A stretch of 63,788 nt of DNA, the filler included, from Reclinomonas americana ATCC 50394 (Eukaryota), in the NCBI GenBank assembly GCA_048213135.1. It is 6 parts of 2 records of this genome, joined end to end, with 100 filler letters (N's around TTAATTAATTAA, not from the genome) between each part and the next. Parts side by side here need not be neighbours in the genome. Positions count along the whole stretch, not along the records: positions 1 to 16,981 come from PS015262.1; positions 17,082 to 34,538 come from PS015262.1; positions 34,639 to 40,093 come from PS015262.1; 3 more parts are not named here. One strand, given 5' to 3'. Of the stretch, positions 15,608 through 37,000 are shown piece by piece. The translations under genes and the position numbers were made by a program. Position 1 is the stretch's first letter, and each line of letters starts with the position of its first letter. The notes under the pieces are model-generated. The model saw only the letters and a program-made list of their open reading frames with translations. It made no database searches and was not told the DNA's origin.

Positions 15608-16981
15608 ATGTCATCTCCGCCACGCACACCATCCACTCTGTCTCCGGCAGAGGTTTACGAGCAGCTGCTGCAGAAGGCTGGCCTGATTGGCCAGACGTGT
15701 GTCAATGTGCATTGCAGAGCCTCCGATCTTGCGTACGAGGCACAGGGGGTGTATATTGCGTTGTGTCGCGCCGCCGGAGCACAACCCATGCCAACGCCGG
15801 GGACACGCACATATGCGCTAGTTCGTTTCATGCCCGCGTATCAACGTCGAGCGCGCTAGTTAGATTGTGCACTGACACCATCCACGCCAATGCACAGAGA
15901 ACATCGCCTGCGTCGGACTTTGTGATGCATGCCATGTGTGGTTGCGTTGATGAGTTGATTGCATCGAGTCTGACTTTGCGTGAGCGCATGTCGTCCACGT
16001 GGATAAGCGATGTCGCCCACTGTGTCTGGATGGCGCCAATGGTGTCGGTGACTGCCCTCTTTCGCCGCCTGCCTGCCTGGTGTTTCACTCGAATGTTCGC
16101 CGACTATGAGTGGTGGCTGGTCGCCGCCGTCGTCACCGGCCGGTTGTGCACGCTGCTCGACGTGCTTCAGGAGCGCGGTGTCCAAGCTCTGACGCAGCAC
16201 GCGCAGTTGGATGTTGCACTCCGTGCTGCCGTCAGCATGTCGGATGGCCACACTGTGCGCTACCTCGGCTTACTCGGTGTTGCTCGTGGCGATGATCCCC
16301 AGCCGATGCAGCAGCTGCTGGTTTCCTGCCTGCGACACTGTGTGCTCAACGGCAAGACGGCGCTCCTCGCCGATCTCTGTGAACCGTGGCCCGTCAGTGA
16401 TGGTCTGGAGGCGTGTGTTCGGCTGGAGGTGGCGGCCGCGACTGGCAACGTGGATGCCGTGCAAGAGTTGCTGAGCGAGGGAGTTGCCGACCCCGGCTTC
16501 TGCGACAACTGGCCCTTGCGGCAGGCGGCATATCACGGACACGACGGAGTGGTGGCGGCGTTGCTTGCCGACGATCGAGTGGATCCTGCTCACCCGAGCA
16601 ATGCGGCACTATGGCTGGCCTGTGCAAAAGGCCACTTGGGCGTGGTGTCGCTGCTGCTGGCGCGTGTCGAGGTGGACATGATTTATCCGTATTCGGTGCA
16701 GTTGACGTATCCGGTCGTGGACGCGGTGGGGCGCATGGTGGGCCTCGATGAACGGGAGCAGGGCAAACTTGACCGTTTCCTGGATCGATGGCCGCTGGAA
16801 GTGGCGACGATGACGAGAAATGCGCCGCTTTTGCGGACGCTGTTGGAGTCTGATTGCGCTTGGTTCCCTTCTGAGGTACGCTGGCTGCCGATGCTTAGCC
16901 GCGTGCGAAGCATCGACATGCTGCGGATGCTTCTTGACGATGTCCGTGTGGTTGCGGGCTTGGTTGAGGCCAGGCATGTAA
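15608..16981 (+). CDS. Ankyrin protein, copy 5 (type A), truncated by gap; exons 15608-15820, 15898-gap
   Basis: Homologous exon 1 (MSSPPRTPSTLSPAEVYEQLL), GTTCGT..cacAG intron, ankyrin repeats. Confidence 0.85.
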
Positions 16982-17025
16982 NNNNNNNNNNNNNNNNNNN
17001 NNNNNNNNNNNNNNNNNNNNNNNNN

Positions 17026-17037
17026 TTAATTAATTAA
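17026..17037. other. Artificial assembly spacer TTAATTAATTAA (also 34583-34594, 40138-40149, 46803-46814, 53869-53880)
   Basis: Identical 12-mer with stops in all six frames, flanked each time by equal-length N runs. Confidence 0.95.
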
Positions 17038-17357
17038 NNNNNNNNNNNNNNNNNNNNNNNNNNNNNNNNNNNNNNNNNNNNGGAAGGAAGGAAGGAAGGA
17101 ATGAAAAAAGAAAGAAAGAAAGAGAATGGAAGAGAGAAGGAAACAAAAAAGAGAGAAGGAAGAGATAGAGGGAACGAGAGTGAAAGAAAGAGAGAAAAAG
17201 AGAGAAAGAGAGAAAGAAAGAGAGAAAGAGTGAGAGAAAGAAAGAGAGAAACAGAGATGCGAAAGAGAGAGAGAGACAGGAAAATGAAAGAAAAAGAAAC
17301 AAAGCGAAGGAGGAACAACAGAGAGAGAGAGAGAGCACAAAGTGAAGGAAACGCAAC

Positions 17358-19158
17358 TGGCTGCCAGGCGCTCGCCGACTTCGCCATCAGTGCGCTTCGT
17401 CTTGTCGCCGCGTCGTCGCTTGGTGCTGGCCTTGTCAGCTGATCCCGCGGCAACGTCCTCGTCCATCGCTTCGCCCACATCCGCGTCGCCCTCTGATGTA
17501 GGACAAGATTGATGAGAGGGAGACGAGGAAGGAAAAGGACTAAGAAACCACTCACCATTGACACTGGCTCCCTCGATTTGAGTCGCCAGCAAATGATCGG
17601 CATCCTACAATACGCACGTCAGCAATTTGCTATATTGAGATAACGCTGTCCGACAAACGCAACATGCGAATGCAGCTGTCCCTGTTGTCGCGAGAGGTAT
17701 GTGTCGAGCCACTTCTGGCCGTCCATGCCCAACACAGAGGCGACATTGTCGACATCTGGTTGGGGGGAAGGGATTGAAGGGAGAAGCGTGAGAGAAAGAG
17801 GAGAGAGTATTCTCTGTCAATCAAACAGCTCACATTATCTTATTCATCGACTCTGTTTGTGCCTCTTTCCTCGCCCGACTGTCTTTCACTGTTGCTTCAC
17901 GGTCATTCAAAACCAACTCTTCCTCTCTTCTTGTTGCGTGATGACATGCCTCCATCTTATTCTCCTCTCGCTCAACTTCATGTACCCCGTTCAAGAGGAC
18001 GGTCACAACCGTGCTGCTTTTCCTTCTCTTTCTCTCACCAGCTGCTGTAAGTGAGTAAATTCACTCACTCGAGTACTCTTTCCTCCTTCTCCCTCGTGCG
18101 CAACGAACAGCCATAAAAACGCTCTCAATCTCGGTCACAGCTGCCGTGAGTAAGATCACTCACTCAAGCGCACTGCATTCCATCTCTGACTTCGCAATCC
18201 ACAAACACAGTGCAGCGCAGTCTTGGTCACTTCTCACTCTCATTCTTTCCTTCATAAGACCTCCCTCCCCTCAAAAAACACGTACCCTTGAAGTTAATCA
18301 CCCGACGGAAGAGCTTGACGCGCTTCTCGTGCAAAACACCGATCGCGGGGCTTTCGGAGACGAAGCAGAGGAAGCGTGAGTGGNNNNNNNNNNNNNNNNN
18401 NNNNNNNNNNNNNNNNNNNNNNNNNNNNNNNNNNNNNNNNNNNNNNNNNNNNNNNNNNNNNNNNNNNNNNNNNNNNNNNNNNNNNNNNNNNNNNNNNNNN
18501 NNNNNNNNNNNNNNNNNNNNNNNNNNNNNNNNNNNNNNNNNNNNNNNNNNNNNNNNNNNNNNNNNNNNNNNNNNNNNNNNNNNNNNNNNNNNNNNNNNNN
18601 NNNNNNNNNNNNNNNNNNNNNNNNNNNNNNNNNNNNNNNNNNNNNNNNNNNNNNNNNNNNNNNNNNNNNNNNNNNNNNNNNNNNNNNNNNNNNNNNNNNN
18701 NNNNNNNNNNNNNNNNNNNNNNNNNNNNNNNNNNNNNNNNNNNNNNNNNNNNNNNNNNNNNNNNNNNNNNNNNNNNNNNNNNNNNNNNNNNNNNNNNNNN
18801 NNNNNNNNNNNNNNNNNNNNNNNNNNNNNNNNNNNNNNNNNNNNNNNNNNNNNNNNNNNNNNNNNNNNNNNNNNNNNNNNNNNNNNNNNNNNNNNNNNNN
18901 NNNNNNNNNNNNNNNNNNNNNNNNNNNNNNNNNNNNNNNNNNNNNNNNNNNNNNNNNNNNNNNNNNNNNNNNNNNNNNNNNNNNNNNNNNNNNNNNNNNN
19001 NNNNNNNNNNNNNNNNNNNNNNNNNNNNNNNNNNNNNNNNNNNNNNNNNNNNNNNNNNNNNNNNNNGAGAGAGAGAAAGGGAAGATGAGTGAGAATGAGA
19101 ATGAGAGAGTGAGTGAGAGAGATGAGAGTGTATGTGTGCATGTGTGTGAGTGTGTGCT

Positions 19159-19189
<31 letters not shown>

Positions 19190-19505
19190 GCGAGACAGAG
19201 AAGCACACGCACACGTACATACATACACGCAGCTGCACAGAGAGACACAAGAAGAAGTGTGCATGCATGACAAAAGTGCTTCTTATCCCTGTTTCCTCCC
19301 CTTTTCCTCCCTCTTTCCTCCCTTTGCATTTCACTCACCCATCCTCATGCTTGGAGGGACCCATGGCGAGATCCTGCAGACCGCCAGGCACCGGCTGCCC
19401 GAGTGCATCAAAGGTCGTCGTCTGCGTCACATTGCACACGGAGAGGCGCCGAATGTCCTCGGCACTGTAGAACAGGCACCGCACGGCGCCAAGCTCAAAG
19501 TCCAT
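17358..19505 (-). CDS. RPA1: DNA-directed RNA polymerase I largest subunit, 5' portion only (exons 19505-19339, gap-18286, 17755-17664, 17604-17556, 17492-17358); start codon uncertain
   Basis: Exon 19505-19339 reads MDFELGAVRCLFYSAEDIRRLSVCNVTQTTTFDALGQPVPGGLQDLAMGP, the Pol I-type N-terminus (FYSxEEIRxLSV...TFDxLGxPxxGGLxDxxLGP). Downstream exons are in phase; the remainder is lost at the spacer near 17030. Confidence 0.82.
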
Positions 19506-19699
19506 GTTTGGCTTGAACGCTCTTTGGGCCTCTCCCTGCGCGTGCTTGAATGAGAGTGAAGGGGACAGTTGTGGACAAATGAGTCACGCTGAAGAAACTG
19601 AAGAAAAGAAAGCCAGAAGCGCAGAAAAACAAGCAGCTGTGGTGATGGCTAAGACTGCCCATAGGCCAGCCTATTACCTTCGTGCGATTTTTGAAGGCG

Positions 19700-20135
19700 G
19701 CGGAGTGCAGGTTTTTGAATTCTGTGTTGGTGTTCGAATTCGAAATGCGAATCAAAACAAGTATACCGGCACAGCAAGCGCGCCGCTGTGTCTGTGTTAG
19801 TGGCCAAGTCCAACCATATACGTGTAAAGAGTATTCACTTTCCAATTCGACGGCATGCAGATTTTCGAATTCTGAGTCGTTCAAATTGCAGAACTGCAAT
19901 TAATTTTAGTAGGCTACCAATGACTGCGCTTGTAAACAAGACTGCTCACATACACACAAATTTAACGGCAGCTGCATGCAGGTTTCTGATTTCTGCGCTT
20001 TCGTTCGAATTGCGTGTGATGCAGGAGGTCGACGGCAGTGGCTTCGAATTCTATGTGTTTCTCGAGCTTGTCGGATCCGTCCCTGCTAACTTGCAGTGAA
20101 TACAAGCGCAGAATTGCGAAATACAGCCGACGTCG
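19700..20135. promoter_or_regulatory. Repeated motif cluster in the divergent intergenic region upstream of RPA1
   Basis: tgcagRttt..gaWttctg...gttcRaatt at ~19706, ~19856 and ~19977, with a partial copy at ~20034 and an inverted partial copy at ~20108. Regulatory role is inferred from position only. Confidence 0.4.
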
Positions 20136-20426
20136 CACAACTTCGACAACGAATTGACGCCGTGCACCTTCACTTTTCGCGCTCACACCGCACTCAAAAT
20201 CATCATCGCCGGCAAGGCAAGCGACACGCGCAAGTCGCCATCACTCAGCAAAATAACTCAGCAAAGTTCTCAGGAGAAATCGCCACTTCCGCAACACACC
20301 GTCTCCCTCTCTCGCGCGCGCTCACTGCAGGCGACGCGTTTCCACTCTTATACTCCTCGCGACGTCGATGATGGTTTACCGTGCAGGACGCAGATATCCG
20401 CGAAGTCATCTCTTCGTTGCAGAGAA

Positions 20427-20927
20427 ATGGGCAGCACTCTCTCGTCGTCTTCGTCTTCTCACGGCCCGAGAGACGATGTCGACCAGCGACGACCTTCTGG
20501 GCGTCCTCCTGTGCCAGGGAAGAGTGCAGAAGAGGGAGAGGGGGAGGAGAGGTACTCTGTGTGGACAGTGTCGGAGGAGGCGCGCGAAATGTGGGACTCG
20601 ATTGGTGAGTGAGAGAGGGAGGGAGGGAGAGAAGGGAGAGAGAGAGGGGGGAGGGAGAGAGATTGAGTGAATGAGAGAGATTGAGTGAGTGAGTGTGCGA
20701 GAAGAACACAGTGATTGAGAGAGAGAGAGAGAGAGACAGAGAGGCGATTGCGAGGGTGAGCAGTGACTGTGTGTATGGGAGAGTCTGTGCTTCTTTAGAG
20801 AATGAGAGTGAGCTGTGAGAGTGAAGCAAGCAGACAGTGCGTTCTATTCATTGAAAGGGGAGTCAGTGATTAAGGGTTCACCGGTGTCCTCTGTTCCTCT
20901 CTGGCAGAATCGCACAGTCTCCCTCCT

Positions 20928-20977
<50 letters not shown>

Positions 20978-22787
20978 CTGTGCTGCTTGAGACAGATAGA
21001 GTGCACGGAGAAAACCAAAGAGAACTGATGGTTTTCGCTCGAAACACCGCGGAGAATGCCTTTCATGGACGTCCTTCTCTCTCCCTCCTCCTCCTCCTCA
21101 TTCTCCTCTCTCTTCGTTGCCGATTGATGAGAACCTCTGCTGCTTGAAACAGTCAGAGTGCAAGGAGAAGCAATGCGAGAGCATAGCGAAGAGAATGCCT
21201 CCCCCCTTTCCCTTCCTCACCATCTCCCTTCTCCACAGGCCCCTTTGGCGGCATCGACTTCCCGCACATCATCGACGACATGGTTCGCATGGGGGGCGTT
21301 CAGCTCTCCGACAGCTACCGTGCGCGCCTGCTGGATATGTGCAAGTTTGTTAGTTGCGCGCTTTCCCTTTCCCTTCCCTTCCCCTTTTCCCCTGTTCCCT
21401 CACTCCTTTCCCATTTCCCTTCCCCTTTTCCGCCTCCAACACAGAATGCTTCCTCCTCCACCAACTCTTCGTCGACGGCGTGTGGGACCTCTGCATCGAC
21501 GACCTCATCTCCTCGCTGCACCCGAAGGAAGCCAACGGCAAGGTACCCTCTTTCCGCAAAATCCCCCTTTTCCACAATCAGCTGCTTATCCTTCCCCCCT
21601 TTTTCCAGCTCATCATCTCACTGGAAGACGTGGAGCGTCTGCACGTGAGCGAGGATATGCCACCGCGTGCCATCTCGCTGGTGAAGATGCTCGAGTCGGA
21701 CAAGCTGAGGCATGGGGATTTCGAGATGCTGCAAATGTGCCACGGATCGTTTGTGGATCGAGAGTTGTGTGCACGAGAGTGTTCTATTTCTCCTTCTCTT
21801 TCCCTGCAACTCACTACCCCACTCACTCCCACACAGTCAACTGTCGTACCTTTTGCGCCGCTCCGTGGTCCGCGTGACACTGCTGGGCGCACTGGAGACA
21901 CTCAAGCTCATCTTTGACAGGTTGGACAGCGATGGCGACTTTGACGACGACGAAGACGACGATGATGATGATGATGATGATGGCGATGACGGCGATGCCG
22001 GAGATAATGTCGAGGTGGAGGAGGAGAAGGCGAAGGAGGTCAAGGACGCGGACAGTGGAGCGCATGTGGACGATGCCAGCGAGCCGAAATCGGTGGACGC
22101 TGGTGAATCCACTGCCGCCGCCGCCGCGGCTGCCGTTCCGACGGCCTCAGTCGCCGACGTGACGGTGTCTGTACAGGCACCGGCAGGGAAGCGACCGCGC
22201 TCGCCTGCGGTCGCGTCGCTGGAGGAGTTTGTCAACATGAAGCTGGAGCTGCGCGTGTCGATGGAGGCACTGATGCCGGCATTGGACAGTGGCCTGTGCA
22301 TTTTCACGCACTTGGACAGTCGCGTCAGGAAGCTGCCCGGGGCGGCAGGCCGCCGCTTGTTGGCCGCTGAAGGTCTGTCGGTGCAGACGCAACCTGTTCG
22401 TTTCACTGAGGTGTGTTTCTCATTTCATTTTTCCCCAGCACTGTCCGCACTCGCGGGCCAGTTGTGCACGGAGGCGCCCGATGCCGGCGCCGACATGATC
22501 AAGCAGGATGTTCCGCCGCAGCAATTGATTTTCGGCTACTTTGGCAACTGTTGCGATAAAGCCGAGACTTCGTGGGTGCTTGGTCTCCTTCTCACCGCCC
22601 TCCTCCTCCTATAATCAGGCATTGCACCGGCCGACCGCAGCATCGGTATTCTGTGGGGACACGCCAGTGACGAGTTCCCGTCGCTGAATCAAAGCGCCAT
22701 GATCCCCGAGCAGTCGGTGTCGTGGGACTCGTTCGACGACATTCTCCAATTCTTCGATGTGCGCGATCACCAGCCAGAGTTGGCACA
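20427..22787 (+). CDS. Multi-exon hypothetical protein with possible N-myristoylation signal and acidic tract; 3' end unresolved
   Basis: Starts MGSTLS (MGxxxS). In-phase exons ..PFGGIDFPHIIDDMVRMGG.., KCFLLHQLFVDGVWDLCIDDLI.., LIISLEDVERL.., QLSYLLRRSVVRV..DDDEDDD.., IAPADRSIGILWGHAS.. are joined by GT-AG introns. Confidence 0.6.
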
Positions 22788-23115
22788 GTTGCGTCGCGAG
22801 GGGGGAGGTAGGGATGAGGGATGAGGGATGAGGGATGAGGGATGAGGGAGAGGGAGAGGGAGAGTAGAGAGGGAGGAGAAGGAGAGAGAGAAGGAGAGGT
22901 AGATGGAGAGAGGGAGATGCAAGGGAGAGGGAGAGAGAGGAAGGAGACAAGGAGAAGGAGAGAGAGGGGAGAAGAGGGAAAGGAGAGAGGGAGAGGAGCG
23001 AGGCAATGGCGCCAGCAATCAGCAACGGCGGCGAGTATAGAGTACGGTTGCCTTCTTTTCGCACACGAGCGAGAGGGAGAGGGAGAGGGAGAGAGAGGGG
23101 GAAGAAGGAGACAAG

Positions 23116-23156
<41 letters not shown>

Positions 23157-23177
23157 GNNNNNNNNNNNNNNNNNNNN

Positions 23178-24911
23178 TCCTGCTCCACCACCACTACCTC
23201 TTCCTCAGCTGCCTCCTCCATGCGGACATCCTCCTCCACGACCTCCTCCTGCTTCTCCTTCTTCGCCTTTGACTTTTTGTGCTTGCGCGACTCGGCCTCC
23301 TCCACCACCGCTGGTCTGTGCTCCTCGCTGCCTGCAGCCTTCTTCGTCTTCTTGGCGGATTCCACCGTTGCCGCGGCGTGCTTGGTCGGCGTCGTCGTCG
23401 AAGTCGTCGTCGCAGCAGGTTTCGCCGCCACTCCATTGCTCTTGGCGTGCTTGTCCTTGGAGTGCTTGGATTTGGCGGAGGCTGGGGTCGTCGGTTGACG
23501 CCGCACATTGCCGCCCAGCGCCAGTGGCGTGTACTTGAGGGGGATGCCGGTGGGAATCACGGGGTTGCGCCGGTGTGCCGAGGCGTCGTAGTCCACGTCG
23601 GGAACCGCCACATTGTGCACCACCTTGATGAAGCGGGTGATGGGGTGGCCTGAAAAGGGCACAAATGGGGAGTTGAGGGCGATGTAAGGTAAGAGTGGGG
23701 GAGAGGGAGAGGGAAAGGGAAAGGGAGAGGGAGAGGGAGAGGGAGAGGGAGAGGGAGAGGGATAGGGGAGGGGGAAGAAGAAGAACAACAAGGAAGAGGA
23801 CGAAGAATCAATAAGTAAGAGGGAGGTGGAGGAAGAAGAAGAAGAGGAAGAGGAAGAAGAAGAGGAAGAAGAAGGGGAAGACGAAGAACAGCACGATCAG
23901 GAGGAAGACAATGCCGATTCGGTAATCGAGATTCGAAAAAGCTTCTCTCCCCAGCATCACTCACCAACCAACAGTCCCTGCTTGGTCGGGAAGAGGGTGC
24001 CAAACTGCCCGTTGGCGGTCTCCACATCGTCGTTGTACAGGCACAGACTCTGCTTCTCCGAGATCGCGATCTTGACTTCCTCGTGAGCGTCGTGCGCCGG
24101 CAGCGGTACTCGCTTGTGGTCGAGGACGGCGATATCGAACTGGAATGGGGAGGAGAGGGAAAGGTCAGAGAGGGGAGAGGGAGGGGAAGGAGGAGGGGAG
24201 AAGGAAAGGGAAGGAAGTGGAGAGTGGAAAGAGTGGAAGGAGAGAGCTATGAGGGAGAAAGAGTGGATGGAGATGCCAATAGGGGTAATTGAGCGGCGAG
24301 GGGAAACAAGAGAGAAGTGCACAACAAAATTGTCAGTGCTGGTGCAGGAGTGCCACGCATCTCTCCCTCATTCACGGGCATGAATGAAAGAGAAAGAGCG
24401 TGGAAAGAGAGGAAGGAGGAGGGAGAAAGAGTGGATGGAGATGCCAACAGAGGTGACTGAGCGGGGACGGGAGAAGGAGTAAGAAGTGCACAACATAATT
24501 GTCGGTGCTGGTGCAGGAGGAGTGCTACGCATCTCTCCCTCATTCACGGACATGAATGAAAGAGAAAGAGCGTGTGTGTCTATGAAGAGAGAATGGGACA
24601 GAAACAACGTGGTTATGTTTGCAGGTATTCAAAGGCGTACAACGCAGCAGCTGTACAGCCAAACTATCTCACACTTACGGGCATGAGTGAAACAGAAACA
24701 ATGTGTGTGCGTGTGAAGAGAAGCACGAAGAGACACAACCTGCACATTCAGAGGTACAGCCGGAAGAGGAGAACACGCACTCTCTTTCTCTCTCACTCAT
24801 GCATGCAGACCTTCTCACTCTCCCTCACAATCTCTGCTCGCCTTCCTCTCTCTCACACACAAAAACACACATGCTCTCTCTCTCTCTCTCNNNNNNNNNN
24901 NNNNNNNNNNT

Positions 24912-24964
<53 letters not shown>

Positions 24965-25175
24965 TCTTTTTCTCTCTGATTTTGCGACTGAAATCATGCA
25001 TGTATGCATTCCCTTGTCTCTCCCCCTTCTCCTCCCCTTCTCCTCCCCTTCTCCTCCCCTTCTCCTCCCCTTCTCCTCCACTCACATCATGCGGCAACTC
25101 AAACAACCACACTTGCTCGCCACTCTTCGGCTTCAACGCCGCCGCACAGTGCGAAAAGTCATATTCGTGCTCCAT
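23178..25175 (-). CDS. RPA34: RNA polymerase I subunit RPA34/A34.5 (PAF49-like); exons 25175-25086, 24139-23965, 23649-gap
   Basis: GEQVWLFELPHD|FDIAVL resembles the A34.5 motif QVWLIKFPxxxDIxxL. It is followed by TLFPT, VxVPDVDY, PxGIPLKYTPLxxG and a Lys/Glu-rich tail (KHKKSKAKKEK), in the order seen in this family. Recognised by eye. Confidence 0.72.
24251..24575. repeat. ~170-bp direct duplication in RPA34 intron 1
   Basis: gagggagaaagagtggatggagatgccaa...gtgctggtgcaggag...acgcatctctccctcattcacgg...catgaatgaaagagaaagagcgtg occurs twice. Confidence 0.85.
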
Positions 25176-25496
25176 ACCTATACACACAAAAACACAAAGA
25201 GAGAGAGAATGTGAGAGAAGTGTGTTTGCAAAAAAAAAGTGCGTGATGTGAATGTGCACGAAGACAAAAAAACAAAACAAAAAATGACGAGAATGAGTGA
25301 ATGATGGCGCGCATGTGCACGTACCCCACTAACAAAGCAATCACGCGCGTCTGTGTGAACGCGCGCAGAGGCCTTGTGTGCGTGTGCGTGTGTGCAAGGA
25401 CAGATGCATTGTCCGTCGCGAGCACCCGCACATCACACTTTGTTCGTTCGCGCGCGTGTGTGTGTTTGTTGCGCCTTCACAACGCAACGCGCACAA

Positions 25497-34013
<8,517 letters not shown>

Positions 34014-34080
34014 AAACTAGTTATTCACAATATACGGTTCAATTAGGTTGTGTGTGTATATGCTAATTCCTTCTTCTTCT

Positions 34081-37000
34081 TCACAACAAGTCTCCTGCAT
34101 CCTCGTCATCAAAGTCTATCTCGTCGTCTTCTTCACCGTCGCCACTGTCGTTGTTCTTCGGGGTGCGCCGTCGACCAGCCGATGCAGGTCGTTGTGCGGC
34201 AGCGGAAGGCGGCGGCTGTCTGGCATTTGCCACAGCCAAAGCGCCACGCTTCGTCTCGGCCAGCAGCGCCTCCAGTGTCTCCTCATCAAGCGACGACACA
34301 TCCGAACCGCCTTCATCGTCGTCGTCTCCACCAAAGAACTCGTCGTCATCATCGTCATCATCGTCGGTGCCTGGTGTTGCACTCTTTCGGCGATGTGGGG
34401 AGCGTGATGACGCCCGCCGCACAGCCTGCGGAGCAAAGTCGTCGGCGGAGGAGCGGACGACAGCAGCAGCGGGTGCAGCGGGCGCGGAGGCTGCCACTTG
34501 GCGTGGCGAGAAATCCCCTTCTTCTTCTTCTTCTTCTTNNNNNNNNNNNNNNNNNNNNNNNNNNNNNNNNNNNNNNNNNNNNTTAATTAATTAANNNNNN
34601 NNNNNNNNNNNNNNNNNNNNNNNNNNNNNNNNNNNNNNCTTGCTCGGCCTCCTCCTCCTCTTCGTCCTCACTCTCCACTGAAGGTGACGGTTGCTCCCGC
34701 CGCCGTGGCAGCGGGTTCATCTGTCTCTTGGGCTGCAGACCAGCAGCGCTGTCGGAGTCCGGCGATGGTACGTCACTGGCAGCAGACCCATTGTCGTCGC
34801 CACCGTCGTCATCGTCGTCGCCGCCCGACGAGCCAATCTCGAACTTTTGGCGACAACGAGTGAGACTCGGGAAGCATTCGAGGAGAAAGAGAGGAAAAGA
34901 CAGCAGAGCTCACCGCCTCGTCGAATGCAGAATCAGTGCTGCGCAGCGTCGACGGCATGGGTCGCGAACCTGACGGCCGTGCCGCTGATGACGGTGCAAC
35001 TGATGCCGAAAGGAGAGATGAGGGGCATGGGCACATGGAAAAAAAAACTCGCGTGCAGACAAGACGCAACAGTCGGTAGAAATGTCGGTTAGTGGAGTCA
35101 TGGGATCGCTGGCCATCTTCAGGTCGGCACCACGCACCGGGCTGAACACGTCGAATTCATCGTCATCATCGTCGTCATCATCATGCTTTAGAGTGACACT
35201 CTTTGCCGCAGTTGCCGGCTTGGGTGCAGGAGCCAGAGGCTTGCTGGTGGCCGTCGAACTGGCCGGCGCACCGGTGGACTTGGCTGGCGCCGCAGCCGCA
35301 GCCGCACCAGGCTGCTTCACGTCAAACACATCGAATTCGTCGTCGTCGTCATCATCACGCCCCTTGGCTTTCGTCGTGGCCGCATTCACCGCAGCAATCG
35401 TCTTGGCAGCGGGCGGCGAGCGGCGGAATTGTGCCGCAATCGACGGCGGCGAGGCGAGCTGCAGTGAATCCTGCTCGCCCTCCGACGCCGTGTCCGAATC
35501 GTCTGTGTGCCAGTGAGTAGCAAGTACATGCATGCATGCTGCGAGGAAAACAAGCGACGACGATGACGCACCGTGTGACGGCAAACCGAGGTCCTTGCCC
35601 TGCTTGATCACAAAGTCCGAGTCGGTGGACAACGCGGTCAACAGTGCGGGTGCCGGACGCCGGCCAGCAGGCGACTTGGCGGCTGCAGCAGAGGGGAAAA
35701 TGTAAGCTCGCGACTTGAACCAAATCAAAGCAACGCAATCTAACCAGCAGGCGACACGATCTCCGGCTTTGATTCCACCTTTTGCTCGGCAGGCACTGCT
35801 CGTGCTGCTGCTGCTGCTGCTGCTGCGGGCGACAGGCCCGCATCGCTGCCACTCTCCCCCTCATCGTCATCATCGTCGCCGAGCAAGAAATTGCGGGCGT
35901 CAAAGGCGCGGGCGTTGGAAGGCGACCTGGCCGCGCCGGAGGCAGCCAGTTGCTGCAGCTGCGGCTGCGGAGGCGAGCGAAGCAGAGCGACAGGAGGCTG
36001 TGGTGGCAATGCAGGCTGCTCGACTTTTTCGGCCGGACGTGTGATTGTGGGAGACGCGACTTCGGGACTCGATGGCGGAGACCTGGAGAGCAAGCAGTGA
36101 GGGGGAGATCGACACAGATATCATCCACTTCCGCGTTGCATACCTTTCCAAGTCGTTCAATCCAATGCCCTCCATGGTCTCTTTGCGCGCTGCAGCGCCG
36201 ATTGGCTTCAGCGGCTGCTGCTTGGACACTAGCGGCTGCAACACTCCTCGGCGTGCCGGCATCATGGGTCTCGCAGCAGCTGCTGCCGCGGCAGGTGCCG
36301 TGGTCGCCGGTGCCATGCCGTCGGTAAACTCCACTTCTCCATCAGAGTCCGAGTCGTCGCCCATGACGGCGCGCTTGGCAGCAGCCGCGGCGGTGCGAAT
36401 CTGAAAAGGGGGGAGGGGGGGGGGGAGAAAGGGGAAAGGGGTAAAGGGAGGGAGAAAGGAGGGGAGGGAGGGAGAAAGGAGGGGAGGGAGGAAAGACTCG
36501 GATGAGGAAAAGCGTGAAAAGCGGGAATGAAGGGAAGAGAGGGAAGAATCGGGAGGAACGGGTCAAATGATTAAAGAAAGAAAAGAGGGAAAGGAGGGGG
36601 AAGGAGGAAAAATCGAATGAGGAAATGTGGGAAAAGAGGGAAAGGGGGAAAGGGAACGAAGAGTCGAATGAGGAAAAGGGAGAAAAGAGGGAGAGGAGGA
36701 AGAGTAGAATAAGGAGACGGGGAAGACGAGAAAGAGGGGAAGTGGACAGAAGAGAGGAAGAGAAAACGGTCGAAGAAGGAGAGAATGACACACGAGAAAG
36801 GTGTGGAGAAAGAGGAATGACGATGAGGCAGTCAAAACGACCACATGCAACGACAAGTGTCACGTAATACTAGCGAGAGCGAGAACGATCACCGCGTGTG
36901 ACGGAGAATGTGGAAAACGTAGGAGACCATCAATGATATAGAGAAAGAGAACCGACCACAGCCAGTTCATGAGGGCGACGACACCAACGTGTCGTGAAGA

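Noticed and set aside
19700-20060. CRISPR array, heat-shock elements or Pol III B-boxes
   Set aside because: The repeats are degenerate with irregular long spacers and no cas genes; GAA/TTC lack the 2-nt HSE spacing; there is no B-box terminal C and no tRNA cloverleaf.
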